Assembly (NCBI GenBank): GCA_963833425.1
Contig: CAWHXP010000003.1
Span: 224,001-288,000, forward strand
Length of the DNA: 64,000 bases
Direction of reading: 5' to 3'
Origin: an uncultured Methanosarcinaceae archaeon
Lineage (GTDB): Archaea > Halobacteriota > Methanosarcinia > Methanosarcinales > Methanosarcinaceae
Below the pieces are notes generated by a model. The model worked only from the letters and a program-made list of their open reading frames with translations. It ran no database searches and was not told the DNA's origin. The position numbers and the translations under genes were made by a program. Shown piece after piece: positions 23,440 through 35,369 of the stretch; the first letter of the stretch is position 1; each line of letters begins with the position of its first letter.

Positions 23440-23640
23440 TTTTAACGAAATCTAAAGATATTCTTCCATATAGTGCTAACCTTTATGAGAGGTTCGATGG
23501 TTGTGGTGCAAAAATAACATTTTCGCAGTTTGATATTAGTATTCCTACCTTTGTGTGCCATTTTATTTGTTATTTGATCGATTAACTTTCCCAATTGTGA
23601 ATATTTACACTCCTTTTGCAACAAAGCTAAATTTTTTGCA
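23440..23640 (-). pseudogene. Possible degraded IS1-like zinc-finger transposase N-terminus
   Basis: ECKY...KCYFCTTT remnants; weak. Confidence 0.25.
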
Positions 23641-23974
23641 CCACAAACGGATAGATTTCAAAAAAGCTAGCATAAAAGACTAAAAACCACGAAATCTCCG
23701 AACTAAATATGGAAAACTCAAATAATCAAAATCTTAATTCCACAAGTTTTCTTTTTATAATAGACCTCTTCGAGAAGTATTCGAGAGTTGAAAAAGCAAT
23801 TCTAATCACAGTATTTTAATCTTACCTGCAAGTGTTCTCCACACGAAGAGTGAAGAAGCAAATGAGGTAGCAAGCCCAAATAAGGAATCAGTATCGTACA
23901 AGAAGTCCCAAGGAAGATCAAGCAAGATTCTTCCCGTTTATAATATTGCTATTGATAATTGACTCTGAGAACTT

Positions 23975-24214
23975 TTGGATCAGGCCCTCGAGTATTTTGC
24001 CTTCATTAAATTAAACAAATCAAAAAAGTTGATTAAATGTTATAACGGAATCCTGAAAATAAAACCTGAATATTTGATTTCCTTCCTCAGAATGAATCAG
24101 CCTTGGAACATCACGCAGATATGCAAAGTGATGGAATGGAATGACAAAACAACTAAAATTGATCCAATGAAGCTCTTATCAATAAAAATTGAGACTTCTA
24201 AGATTTGTACATAA
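23975..24214 (+). pseudogene. Degraded TPR-repeat gene fragment
   Basis: CYNGILKIKPE and WNDKTTKIDP resemble TPR helix-end motifs. Confidence 0.45.
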
Positions 24215-24405
24215 AAAGGAGCTTGGTTAACACCTTAATAATACCTTCAAATAAATTTCAAATGTTTAAAATTGTCTAACCAAATGTTAGATATTATATG
24301 AAATATAAGTCAAAAAGTAATTGAGGGGTATTTTCATAAGATAACTGCATACATAATAAAAATTGCAAAAATATCAAATAAAGAATCAGAAGGCCTGTCT
24401 AGCCT

Positions 24406-25188
24406 CTACTTTTTCTCTCCCTCATTTCCTTTTCTTATAACTTCAATTATTTCTATAAGTTTTTCCTTGATTCTTACGATGGCATTTACTGCTTCGCCAC
24501 CTATTTCAATTGGAGCTCGTTTTTCCAGGTCTGCCTGCATCAGCTTTGGATCAAAGGGTATTTCTCCAAGAACCTCAATACCCAATTCTTCAAGTCTTTC
24601 ATTGACTTTTTTGGAACCTCCTTTGTTGATAACAGCAGCAAGGTGTTTAATCCCTATTTCAGAGGAGAGATTTTTTATCCTTTCAGCTGTTTCAAGGGAT
24701 CGTGCCCCAGGTTCTACTACCACAATCATGAGATCCATTCCTCGAGTAGTGCCTCTTCCAAGATGCTCTATCCCCGCTTCCATATCTAGGATTACTGCGC
24801 TCTTTTCCTTAAGCATGAGATGCCTAAGAAGAGCTCTGAGGAATGCAGAAGCCGGACACATACATCCACTTCCTCCACGGTCCACAGTGCCCATAACAAC
24901 CATTCGTACCCCATCTGGCCCTAATAAACCATAGTTATGTGCAATATCATCCACTTTCGGATTGTAGACAAAGGTCCCACCTTCAGAACCTGCCCTTTCC
25001 TGAATAAGATCTTTAAAATCAGTTAGAGGCCTTGGAGGGTTATCTACCCCGAGAGCAGAGGCCAGATTCATGTCTGGGTCTGCATCTATTGCTAAAACCT
25101 CATATCCGTCCCTCGCAAGCAATCGAGCCAGAGTACCTGAAAGAGTTGTTTTTCCAACGCCGCCTTTTCCGGTTATCGCTATTTTTAT
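24406..25188 (-). CDS. cooC: CO dehydrogenase/ACS nickel-insertion ATPase (CooC/AcsF family), apparent ATA start
   Basis: (I)KIAITGKGGVGKTT Walker A lies upstream of the listed ORF start; DADPDMNL, GCMC, DMEAGIEHLGRG. Confidence 0.9.
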   Translation of the reverse strand: MKIAITGKGGVGKTTLSGTLARLLARDGYEVLAIDADPDMNLASALGVDNPPRPLTDFKDLIQERAGSEGGTFVYNPKVDDIAHNYGLLGPDGVRMVVMGTVDRGGSGCMCPASAFLRALLRHLMLKEKSAVILDMEAGIEHLGRGTTRGMDLMIVVVEPGARSLETAERIKNLSSEIGIKHLAAVINKGGSKKVNERLEELGIEVLGEIPFDPKLMQADLEKRAPIEIGGEAVNAIVRIKEKLIEIIEVIRKGNEGEKK

Positions 25189-25654
25189 GAAAATTCCCCC
25201 TGAAAATTAATTCAGATCAACTTTACTTATTTTTACCAAGGAAGATAACCGCCAAAATGTTTATACTTATTCATTTGTACTCGTCTTTTTTTACTAAAAG
25301 GATTCAAATTAGATCGCAAAATCTTAAATTCAATTTGAGAATTTAATTATATTCTTCTAGACGCATAACTTTTTCAGAAAAATTTTTGACTGAAGAATTT
25401 CTCATTTGCTGGCCAAAAACAGAAAATATTTAATGAATGAAAACTATGCAGTTGTTGTACTAGAAATTCAATCTTAAAAGTATCATTTGAATAATAGATG
25501 ACTAATATGAGCATATTTTATAAGAAGAGGCTATTTTTTTAGCATGCTTGCTTTGTTCAGCCTTTAATTGCTGTCATAATATTTGAAGAAACAAATTAGT
25601 TGGAGTCCCATGTCTTTAGCTATTTTTCTTCGTACTAAATATCGGGAGCATTTG

Positions 25655-25876
25655 GGTTATTACCCTTTTTCTTGTGTCTACTGATATTGAAATTATCAGG
25701 AAGCTTCTTCGAAGCTTCCCTGTTCTTTTGGATTAATAATAACATGCAAATGAACTCGTAAATCCTGTTGCATAAATTGCTACAACAGAGACGTTTTCTC
25801 CATATGAGTAAAACAGCTTTAGTACAGTGATAATACTATCGAGTAAAAGTTCAATTTAGAGCATTTCTACAGAGCC
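25655..25876 (-). mobile_element. Internally deleted remnant of the IS family at 52584-53586
   Basis: Ends in AAAGTTCAATTTAGAGCATTTCTACAGAGCC, identical to the end at 53586, and joined directly to internal transposase sequence matching ~53020-53179. Confidence 0.85.
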
Positions 25877-25928
25877 TCTTCATTTCTTACCTAGAAAAAT
25901 AGAATTTAGGGACTTTTGGAGAATTATA

Positions 25929-26513
25929 ATGAAACGATTACTTAGAATACAGGGTAAAGAACGAGTTTCTTTTTCATTTCCGTTCTTTTTTAAAAAATCG
26001 CTCTTCATTTTAGCGATTTTTTGTTTTGTTTTCTTCAGCTCAGGTTGCACGGATACTAATCATTCCGGCAACGAATCAGAGCCTGTCAAGGTCACAAAGG
26101 ATGTTAATGATTCAGGCAAAAAAACAGGGCTTGTTGAAGTTACGAATCTGAGCCAGATTAATGAAGCTCTCAATAAAGGCCCGGTTATGTTGAAACTTGG
26201 TTCTAAAAGCTGTATTCCCTGTAAAGAGCAGGAACAGGTGCTTTCAGAGCTTCTTCCAATGTATCAGAATTCTGCTTCATTTATGATCATTGATATTGAA
26301 GCGTATCCTGAGTTTGCGACAGAATTTGGAGTGAGATCCATCCCGGATACCTGTATTATCACAGGCATCGAGAATGGAAAATACATATACATGCGGCAGG
26401 ATGGCAGCAAAAGTCCGGAAAGAACAACTTCAAGATTCCTAGGTGTTACGGATAAAAAAACACTTTCAGAAACCCTTGGGAAAGCTATCGCATCCAAGAA
26501 AACGGGCGTGTGA
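25929..26513 (+). CDS. Exported/lipoprotein thioredoxin-family protein
   Basis: Hydrophobic signal ending SSGC; CIPC active site; SIP cis-Pro loop. Confidence 0.85.
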   Translation: MKRLLRIQGKERVSFSFPFFFKKSLFILAIFCFVFFSSGCTDTNHSGNESEPVKVTKDVNDSGKKTGLVEVTNLSQINEALNKGPVMLKLGSKSCIPCKEQEQVLSELLPMYQNSASFMIIDIEAYPEFATEFGVRSIPDTCIITGIENGKYIYMRQDGSKSPERTTSRFLGVTDKKTLSETLGKAIASKKTGV

Positions 26514-26517
26514 ACTT

Positions 26518-27162
26518 ATGTTTTCCAATTTTTTACCAATTGCAGCTTTCTCTGCAGGGTTGGTTAGCGTGCTCTCTCCATGCATCCTGCCTGTAATCCC
26601 GGTAGTTTTAGCTTACTCTACTGAGGAAGGGAAGTTCAGGCCGCTTGCGATTGTGTCAGGTTTGTCCCTTTCATTCACTTCCATGGGAATCATTACTTCT
26701 ATTTTCGGGGCGACACTCAAAGCTTATCTCGATTACCTTAACATCTTCGCTGAAATTCTTCTTATTACTATGGGCATTGCGCTGCTCTTTGATCTCAATA
26801 TTTTCAATTTTTTTAGAAATTTTTCATCCCTTGCAAATTCTAAACGAGAAGGCCTTTTTGGAGGGCTTTTGCTTGGTCTCTCTCTTGGAATAGTCTGGAT
26901 TCCGTGTGTCGGTCCGGTACTTGGTTCTATTCTCACAACTGTTGCTGTTTCAGGTAAAGTTGTCTATGGAGCATTAATGCTTTCAATCTATTCTATCGGC
27001 TTTTCCATTCCAATGCTTCTTGTCGCTTATTCTGCAAGCTTTTCTTCCTCAAAAATTCAAAATATTTCAAGATATGGTTTCCCGTTAAAAAAAGTTGCTG
27101 GTTTAATAATACTGGGAGTTGGTTCCTACATGGTTTACAAAAATCATTTCGGCGGTCTCTAA
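26518..27162 (+). CDS. ccdA: Cytochrome c biogenesis/disulfide transporter CcdA
   Basis: SPCILP and WIPCVGPVLGSIL motifs; six TM segments. Confidence 0.92.
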   Translation: MFSNFLPIAAFSAGLVSVLSPCILPVIPVVLAYSTEEGKFRPLAIVSGLSLSFTSMGIITSIFGATLKAYLDYLNIFAEILLITMGIALLFDLNIFNFFRNFSSLANSKREGLFGGLLLGLSLGIVWIPCVGPVLGSILTTVAVSGKVVYGALMLSIYSIGFSIPMLLVAYSASFSSSKIQNISRYGFPLKKVAGLIILGVGSYMVYKNHFGGL

Positions 27163-27389
27163 AAAAATTGCTTTTCTCACTGCCCAGCAAATTGCTGGCC
27201 ATTTGATTGAGCTAAAAATTAGTTGACAATTTCTGAAATCATAAGGTTCTAAAGCTATATTTCATAAATGAAAACAAATAACAGTCACTTTCAGGGTATT
27301 AAAGGTCCTCTAATATTCCGCTGAAGTGAAGATGCTTCTCATAATTGTCGGTAAAATTTGAAGAGGCTCATTGCTTCAAGCTATATATT

Positions 27390-27573
27390 CAGATTTTTTA
27401 AAAGAAATATAGAGAATATTAAAGCCAAAGTTAAAGAATAAAGAGTAGAGGACTTTGAAAATATCCTAAAATACTGAATCATGGTCACCACCGCCGTTGT
27501 AATTGATGGGGATGTGAAATTAGTGGGCAAAGTCCCAAATGAAAAAGAAATTAAAAAGAGGATCACTGAATAA
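27390..27573 (+). pseudogene. Small redox-active disulfide protein (MTH895-like) remnant
   Basis: VEDFENILKY*IMVTTAVVIDGDVKLVGKVPNEKEIK; N-terminal CxxC part lost. Confidence 0.75.
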
Positions 27574-27619
27574 AAGAAAATGATTTATTTTACTAACCAA
27601 TAACAAAGAGGAGACAAGG

Positions 27620-27870
27620 ATGAGTAACGTGGTCTATCCTGTGTGTGCAGTTGGAGGAGTTAGTTTTATTCTCAGCAGGATTTTGGGGTTCCCTGATGGT
27701 TTTGTGGCGTTTGTGACCGGGATGTTGGCAACTTCTATGGCTTATTGGGTAAATTCATATCCTAGAGAAAAAAAAAATGGAAGAAAAGAAAAGGTCAGCT
27801 TGTAGCAATCAATATCCTTTCAGGAATTGCATGTTTGTATTCTCTTAAATTGCTTGAACTATGATAAAGT
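27620..27870 (+). pseudogene. Small membrane protein gene with frameshift in an A-run
   Basis: GAGGAG RBS; MSNVVYPVCAVGG hydrophobic ORF broken at an A homopolymer near 27770. Confidence 0.4.
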
Positions 27871-27939
27871 CGAGAAATAGGTTCGACCAAATTCTCATGT
27901 TGAAAGGACTTATTCTCAGATTCATTTTTCTCCTACCTA

Positions 27940-28590
27940 TTCTTGATTAAGCAAGATCCTGCAGCACATATGAAATTCGTTATAGAAAGAAGTAATGATA
28001 TAACAATAAGTAGGATTGACGAAGAAGCTGAACTTACTAAATATAAATAATAAGTGTTCAGCAAAGCAAAGGAAAACGATGAGTGAGAATGACCTTGCCC
28101 ATGTAGAAGAAGACTTAAGGTCACCCTGTACGCAGAAGATTGCTTTTTTTAGAGCATTTGCTCAAATTGTAGAAAGAGATAAAAATGAGGTCGTTGTTAT
28201 CGATACTTCGCCCATGGGCATACTCTTTTACTCATTGATTAAACCCAAAGTTATCATAGAGAAATCAGGCGTTCCCAAGGTGACATCCCAGAGTTAGTTA
28301 AAAACTTGTTGCCATGTTGAGAAATGCTGACGGAAATGAAGTTCTAATTATTACACTAGCAGAAACCACACTTGTGTACGAAGCAATGCGGCTCGAGTCT
28401 GACCTTAAACGCTCTGGAATCAATAGCAAATGGTGTATAATCAATGCTAGCTTATATGCAACTGAAACAACGAATAAAACTCTCAAGTGAAGGCCAGAAA
28501 CGAGATTGAATGGACAAATAAAGTTGACAAACATTCAAATAGCAATTTTGCGGTTATAGAGTGGAAAGCAGATGAAATCAAAGGTTAAAA
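27940..28590 (+). pseudogene. arsA: Arsenical pump-driving ATPase ArsA, C-terminal remnant
   Basis: DPAAH, EEDLRSPCT, VVIDTSPMG, LAETT.VYEAMRLESDLKRSGI, KW.IIN.SL across frameshifts and stops. Confidence 0.88.
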
Positions 28591-29189
28591 AATATTAGAT
28601 CTGATAAAGTAAGTGAAACTGTGAAAAAAAATTTAAGTGTTTGCCCTCAACTCGAATTTCGCTTAGCATTGACTGCAGAATATCGGTCTAATTTGCTAAT
28701 ATTACAAAAGCTTTCAGGAATAATCAGGAAGTTGAATAGACAAATAGCCAAAGGATCCGATATCATTTCCCGAATGTCTGCAAGATCCAATCTTTTATCT
28801 CATCTCTAATCCGCCGGAAGACTATGAGCTGCTCGTCTTCCGATCCTACAGCTGCAGCTGGATCTTCAAAACTTGTATGAATTACTTCTCTTACTTTGGG
28901 ATATTCACTCGGGAACTGAAGATCCGTGCTGCATATTGGAAAGGCCAGTTTAGCACGTCGCAGACCGTGGCCGCAACATCAAATATCGTATGCTGAAATT
29001 CTTGGAAAGCTTTGGAGCGCTGACTAGAGATATCGATACCGTTTTTTGACGAAAACATAAAAGTGAGAATCGGACTCAAAGCATCAGAACCCTGCTAAAG
29101 CACCAGGAAATCCTGACGGAACATCAAAATAAACTGAAAGCTGTTGTAGAAGCATTACAAGACACATAGTCCTAGGAAATCAGTCATTC

Positions 29190-31128
29190 AGCATAAATAT
29201 AGACAAATGGATCCCGGTAAGGGATATATATTTCCCTCACGTAGGACAGGAAAATCATCTCATAGGACATGCCCAACGGATAGGGATCTTTACTGACGGT
29301 AGACTTTCCTGGGTCAATGAGGAAAGCTGGGATAAGAAGCTTGCTTATAAGAACGATACCCTTGTTACCGAAAACCGAGCCTTAAACAGGGAGAAGAGTA
29401 TCTAAATCCTTCTAGAGGAGAACGTCTACTGCGAAGCCGATATCTTTATCCGGAAAATAATTGTGAAAAACCTGCAGGAAAGGTCAAGGGAAGTCCGGCT
29501 TTTCTTTAATAACGATTTTCACCTATACGGAGATGGAATCGGGGACAAAGCAGTATACCAGATGGACCACAACGTCATAGTGCATTACAAACGATCCAGA
29601 TATTTCCTGGTCGGTGTCCTCAAATCGAACGTAACAGAGGACATCGTCACAGATATTGACGACTATGCCATCGGCCAGGCTGAAAACCGGGGCTTTAGAG
29701 GTACCTATGTGGATGCTGAAGATGGAGTTCTGTCAAAAAACCCGATCACTCAGGGTTCAGTGGAATCAACAGTGGGAGTGAGTTTGCAGATTCCAGGAAA
29801 TTCCTCCAAGATTGTGTACTATTATATGACCGCCGGAAAAGACTTCCAGGAAGTCTATTCCCTCAATAATCTGATCATGGAAGAAGGCCCAGAAAGTCTT
29901 CTGGAGCGTACTGAGGAATGCCAGAGATCCTGGGTAAACCGATCGAGTACCAATCTTTCCGGCCTTGAACCCGGCTTATAGCTCTCTACAAGCACCCCCT
30001 CCTAATAATAAAAACACAGACATATGCAGGTGAGACTATAATAACAGCAAATGATTCTGATAGGCTGCAGTTTAACCGGGACACCTACAGTTATATGTGA
30101 CTAGAGATGGAGCCCTTGTTTCGATTGCCATGATAAAGGCCAGCTTTCCAGAGTTTACAAAGCCCTTTTTCAGGTTATGTAAGCATGTTCTCTGGTGGGC
30201 TGGATGGCCTGGCACAAGTATAACCCCGACGGAACGCTGGGAAGTAGCTGACACCCCTGGATAGATTACGGACAGCTGTGCCTTCCGATTCAAGAAGATG
30301 AAACGGCTCTCGTCATCCATGGATTGTGGAAATATTATGAGGCCACAGAAGACCTTGAGTTTGTCAAAGAACTCTATGAGCCCCTAGTAAAGAAAGCCAT
30401 TTTTTTTCTTAGATGGCTACAATTACCCTAACGACATCCCCGTAGAGAGCTACGACTTGTGGGAAGAAAGGAGAGAGAGGCATCTTCACTTTCACGGTCT
30501 CTGCGATTTACAGAGGATTTCTCTCAGGAGAAGAACTCGAGCACCTTTTAAATGATGAGGAAATCTGCAGAATCTGCCAGATACGCCATGCTAAGCTTAA
30601 GCAGGCGATCATAAACGAGCTTTATGATATCGAAAGAAATATTTTTTTAAGGGGTATCAAGTACTAAGCCCACGACACAGACAGTGAAATTATAGACAGT
30701 ATGGCTGACAGCAGCGTTTATGGTATCTTTGAGTTCGACCTGCTACCCTCAAACGATCCCCGTGTGATCAGGACAATTCAAAACCTGGAAGAAAAACTCT
30801 GGGTCCTGGAAAGGGTGGGATGGCAACATATGAAAACGACACATATCACAGGGAGACATCCCTGGTCACAGGCAACCCCTGGCTCATATGCACTCTCTGG
30901 CTTGCGAAGTGGTATATCGCAAAAGCAAAAGAAAACAGAGATCTGAAAAAAGCCCTCGAGCTGATCAACTGGGTTGAAGACTGCTCCCTCGAGACCGGAA
31001 TCATGCCTGAACAGGGTCCATCCCTTCACAGGAGAGTCGCTCTCTGTGGCCACTCTGACCTGGAGCCATGCCGAGTTTATGGATCCGATTACGCGTTATC
31101 AGGAAAAGAAAATGCAGCTGAATTTTAA
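29190..31128 (+). pseudogene. Glucoamylase-like GH15 glycoside hydrolase pseudogene
   Basis: DIYFPHVGQENH, NRDTYSYM*.RDG, PIQEDET, YDLWEER, GNPWLICTLW, MPEQ and LTWSHAEF across many stops and frameshifts. Confidence 0.9.
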
Positions 31129-31253
31129 AAGGTTGAGTAAAAATATTTAAGTCAATTTTAAGATAAATTCGAGTTATATTAAGAATAAAATTAGGACTGG
31201 AATAAGATTGAAATTAGGAAGAGAAACAAAAGACAAAGAGGAAGTGAGCAACC

Positions 31254-31367
31254 TTGCCGGAGAAAGAGACAGCAGAAAGAAAGAAATTCACCTGTCCTGT
31301 GTGCCAGATGATTTTTGCAACAAAAGAAGATTACGAAAAGCATAAGATCAAAAAACATAACAGATGA
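31254..31367 (+). CDS. 37-aa C2H2 zinc-finger small protein
   Basis: TTG start after GAGGAAGTGA; MPEKETAERKKFTCPVCQMIFATKEDYEKHKIKKHNR = F-x-C-x2-C-x12-H-x4-H. Confidence 0.75.
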   Translation: MPEKETAERKKFTCPVCQMIFATKEDYEKHKIKKHNR

Positions 31368-32383
31368 ATGATCAGCTACAGATTTGGAATACAGTTGTAC
31401 TAGAGAGGGGATTCGACGAAGGAACTTGGAATAATAATTTTTAGTAAATGGGGGGAAATATTGCCCTTCAGTGTGAGGAAAAGATGATAAAAGTCATCGG
31501 AAAATCAACGAGGTCAAAATTCTAGACCATCGTTTCTTTGCGAAATAAGTTTGTTTGACAACAACCATTAGTTGAGAATGTGATTTGATTTAAGGAAATC
31601 TGTTGAAGTACACTCCGCTTCCCAGGAAATCAAAAGTATGACCTAAGGAGCACCCATACTTTAAGAGAGGATGGCCACATTAATTTGATATAACATGTTA
31701 ATGGGAAAGTTTCCATCTACGTAGCATGTAGCCGGATACTCGACTGAAAGAAACAGTCAAGAAAATTTATATAAATCCCAATTTTGGTTTCTTGGTTATA
31801 ATGCCCCATCAGCAATTTGTGGGAGATTTGAGTTTTACCAACATTTTTTGAAATTGTGAAAATCTCCAAAAATGATAAAATATAATCAATATAAAAGTAT
31901 TTTAGATTTTAAAACACTTTATGGAGAAGTAAGTTTTATTCAGAAATTATTTTTCGTATTTTAATTTAAAATAAAGAAGCAAATAATTACACATTGCAGC
32001 TTAAAGTAAACAGATAAAGAGTCAAAATAGTGAAGAATTACCGGTATGATGTGTGAGCAATTAGATTGAATACATGAGTATAAGGATAATTGTATAGAAT
32101 TTCGAGAAACCTCTGATTTTAAAAAATCACTCACATTCGTTTTTTTTGCTACCGGTATTTTAGTTGAGGTCATTTTCAGCTACAGTTCAGAGATTTTCCG
32201 ACGCTTACACGAGTATTATTTTTTTTGGCTACATTGGATTGTCGTTGATTATAGTTCAATATTGATCAAAGCCAAAAAATAAGAATTCCACTGTAAAAAA
32301 GAGGTTATCTTATGATTTTTTTTTGGAAAAATTAATAGAAATCTAAGCAATAGTATCTAAATTAATTTCTTAAGAATGATTGA

Positions 32384-33020
32384 ATGAGTAAAGTAAATGT
32401 GATATTTCACAGTATTTATGACCACATTTACCGGATGGCAGAAGCTATAGCTGAAGGAGCAAGAGAAGTCGAAGTAGCTGAGATAGGAATTTATCAGGTG
32501 CTTGAGACTCTGCCTAACGAAGTTCTGGAGAAAATGGGGGCAATCGAGACAAAAAAGCTTTTTGCGCATATACCAGTCTGACCCGTGATATGTATGAGGA
32601 TGTACTGGCTGGAGCAGATGCATTGATATTTGGAACTCCTACACGATAGGGAATGATGACTGCTGAGATGCGCACAGTCCTTGATGGTTTAGGAGGGCTA
32701 TGGAGTAGAGATGCCTTCGTAAGTAGTAAGGTAGGAAGCATCTTCAATTCAAGTGGAGCGCAGCATGGTGGCCAAGAATCCACAATACTAACATTCCATA
32801 CTAGCCCCTCTTCATCTTGGGATGATTATTGTCGGGCTCCCCTATGCAGAAAAGAGGCTGATGAGAATGGATGAAATTACAGGTGGTAGCCCATATGGAG
32901 TTTCAACAATCGCAAGTGGAGGCGTAAGCCTCCAACCTTCAGAAAAAGAGCTTGCAATGGCCCGTTCTCAGGATAGACACGTAGCCCAAATTGCAAAAAA
33001 AATGCTGGAAAGCAAAAATG
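32384..33020 (+). pseudogene. wrbA: NAD(P)H:quinone oxidoreductase WrbA pseudogene
   Basis: [22 protein letters not shown] and GGSPYG split over three frames with an internal TAG. Confidence 0.92.
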
Positions 33021-34358
33021 TGATATTTGATTATATTAATTTAGTTGGGATTCTGTTAAGATCAGGAACGCGAAAAAAACACTATTTATGCCAAATATTT
33101 ATTATGCAGGTTGAAAAATCGCTATATTGTATCCAAAGTTGTGTACATTTTTAGGTTTCCAATTATTGCATAAAATTCCATATCTATCAACTCTTTTTCC
33201 ATTGTTTTGATTTTTAGACCACTAACTAATATAGGATCTCATAATATAAAATATTTTTAGATATTAGCAATGAATAAAATCCGGAAAATGAATCAACTAG
33301 AAAACTTTAATATTATTCGTATGTCGCAAAAATCGTAAAATTGTAAGGTTCTTTCTCATTTACGGATCGATATCATAAGAATTTAGTAAAATTTGCCAAT
33401 ACGTTTCAAACACTTTTTTGCATCCTTTCTTGACCCAATTACCATCAATACGCAAAATTCCATCAAAATTAGCATTTTTGATCCAAAAGTTCTTGTTTAT
33501 AAATTTCTGCTTGCCATTGCTCGCGCAAACATAATGAAAAGGCACAAGAAATTCTTCCGCATATATCAGTCAAACTTTTGTATAGATTTCACCCACTCCA
33601 CAGGAATTTTGAAGGCTGCATATACCATCGTATCTGACAAGCATATTTTATCATGAAACTCAGCGCTTTAATTTACCTAACAGAACCACCAACTATCTGG
33701 TCATGAGAATGCTCCTTACAATCATGACAAATTTAGTATGTAGCATTGCAGTTTATGGTGCTATAACTCGTGAGAATAAAACGGGTATAGTGGGAGTTCA
33801 CATTTAATTCGTGCCATATAAATCAAATGAGTTGGAGATATTGAAGGAAACATATAATATTACTGATCTTTATATCAGTACTTTCGGTAAAGGAATTTAA
33901 ATAGTGTCATCATTTACCGTTTTTGCCATAGAGGTAACGATTGATGTGTTTCCTTTTTTCACCAAAAAGAATTTATCTTAATGGGATTAAAATTTTATTG
34001 TTTCCGATGATTATAGAAAAAAAATCTAAATACCAGAAATAATAAAAAGTCTCAGCAATTGTAATTAACCCGCATGATTCAGATGCTTGGAAAAATAAAA
34101 GAATTGCTCAAAATACTTAAAACAAATCCAAGGAAATCATCAGAGTATATTAAAATTCAAATTTTTCTACTTATTCATACTGAAATAATCGTTTGACACT
34201 GAAAAGTATTGATCAGTGAGAACTTGCAATTCACCGACACTATAGAGACATGATGATACTGGAGTGCAGATAGAGTGACCCTATTACATGCATAGTTTTT
34301 TTTCTTAAACCCATGCATTTGTAGATGATAGAGAATAAATAATACTGACAAGAGATTA

Positions 34359-34410
34359 TAGTATATTTACACACTCACTCTCTCTAGTATATTTACACAC
34401 TCACTCTCTC
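34359..34410. repeat. Perfect 26-bp tandem duplication
   Basis: TAGTATATTTACACACTCACTCTCTC x2. Confidence 0.95.
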
Positions 34411-34826
34411 AATACTTTGTCATTTTTATTTAATTCTAGGTGTGAATGTCGAATAAAATTATTCAGACTTATATTTATGACTTTGCAGGAAGTACTCTCA
34501 TTCATGATGCGTTAAACATTTTTTAATTGTTGCTATATCACTTCGTTTTTAAATTTAATTGAGCCTGATAAGACCAATATAAAGATGATATCGATAGTCT
34601 TTATTTCGGTATCATATATTTAATGAAGAAAGATATAGCCATCTTGACTATCATAGTTTAAACGAGGCTAGAATACGTAGAACTTGTTTTGAAGTAACCG
34701 AGTAAGCATTAATAAATTACCGAAATCGAGCAATGACCATCGAAGCAAGAAAAAAGCCAAAAGAATGTCAACTTTAGCTTAGAGGTATAGAAAAATTTAG
34801 GAAAACATCATAATATTTAAAGAATG

Positions 34827-34852
34827 GCCCCAGGTTGCTGAAAACCCTGGGC
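34827..34852 (-). terminator. Hairpin downstream of trxA
   Basis: GCCCCAGGTT...AACCCTGGGC imperfect inverted repeat about 25 bp after the stop. Confidence 0.4.
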
Positions 34853-34876
34853 AATCTTTTTCAGAGAAACGGGCCA

Positions 34877-35143
34877 TTAGAGGATTTTATCTAATTCCGA
34901 TGCCAATACATTGCCCTGGGTTACTCCCATAAAACGCTTTACTTCTACATCATCTTTCAGGATTATCAATGTAGGAACAGCGTGTATGCTATATTTTGAG
35001 GCAAGTTGCTGGTTTTCGTCCACATCGATAACTTTGAATTCAACCTTATCCTTATATTTTTTTTCGAGTTCTTCAAGAATCGGTTTTTGCATCCTACAAG
35101 GTCCACACCAAGTTGCGGAAAAGTCCATTAAGATCGGTTTCAT
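34877..35143 (-). CDS. trxA: Thioredoxin
   Basis: WCGPC active site, AVPT. Confidence 0.95.
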   Translation of the reverse strand: MKPILMDFSATWCGPCRMQKPILEELEKKYKDKVEFKVIDVDENQQLASKYSIHAVPTLIILKDDVEVKRFMGVTQGNVLASELDKIL

Positions 35144-35369
35144 AAAATCACCTTTGATACTTCAAAATGTTTGAGATATTCTCTGTTCTTATTTGATCCA
35201 CTCCGGAAAGCATACTATGGTCATACATATATTTTCGACGACAAAGCTACCGGGAACCAATCTTGAACGATAGGCGACCTGGAAGATGAAATTATCAAAT
35301 ACAGGTCTGGACTCAATTTATTGTATGTATTATCTTCGAGTATATATAATGCTTATCTCAATCCTATAG

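Noticed and set aside
28620..29180. GC-richer stretch upstream of GH15 that looks like a decayed gene
   Set aside because: I could not assign a family from any frame.
31600..31680. Possible IS200/IS605 end hairpin
   Set aside because: Too degenerate, and no tnpA/tnpB remnant recognised nearby.
29190..33020. In-frame TAG codons in GH15 and wrbA (also in the IS6 transposase) as pyrrolysine read-through
   Set aside because: The same genes also have frameshifts and, in GH15, TAA/TGA stops, so amber suppression cannot restore them.
33300..33800. Short ORFs on both strands
   Set aside because: Probably pseudogene debris; no identifiable motif.
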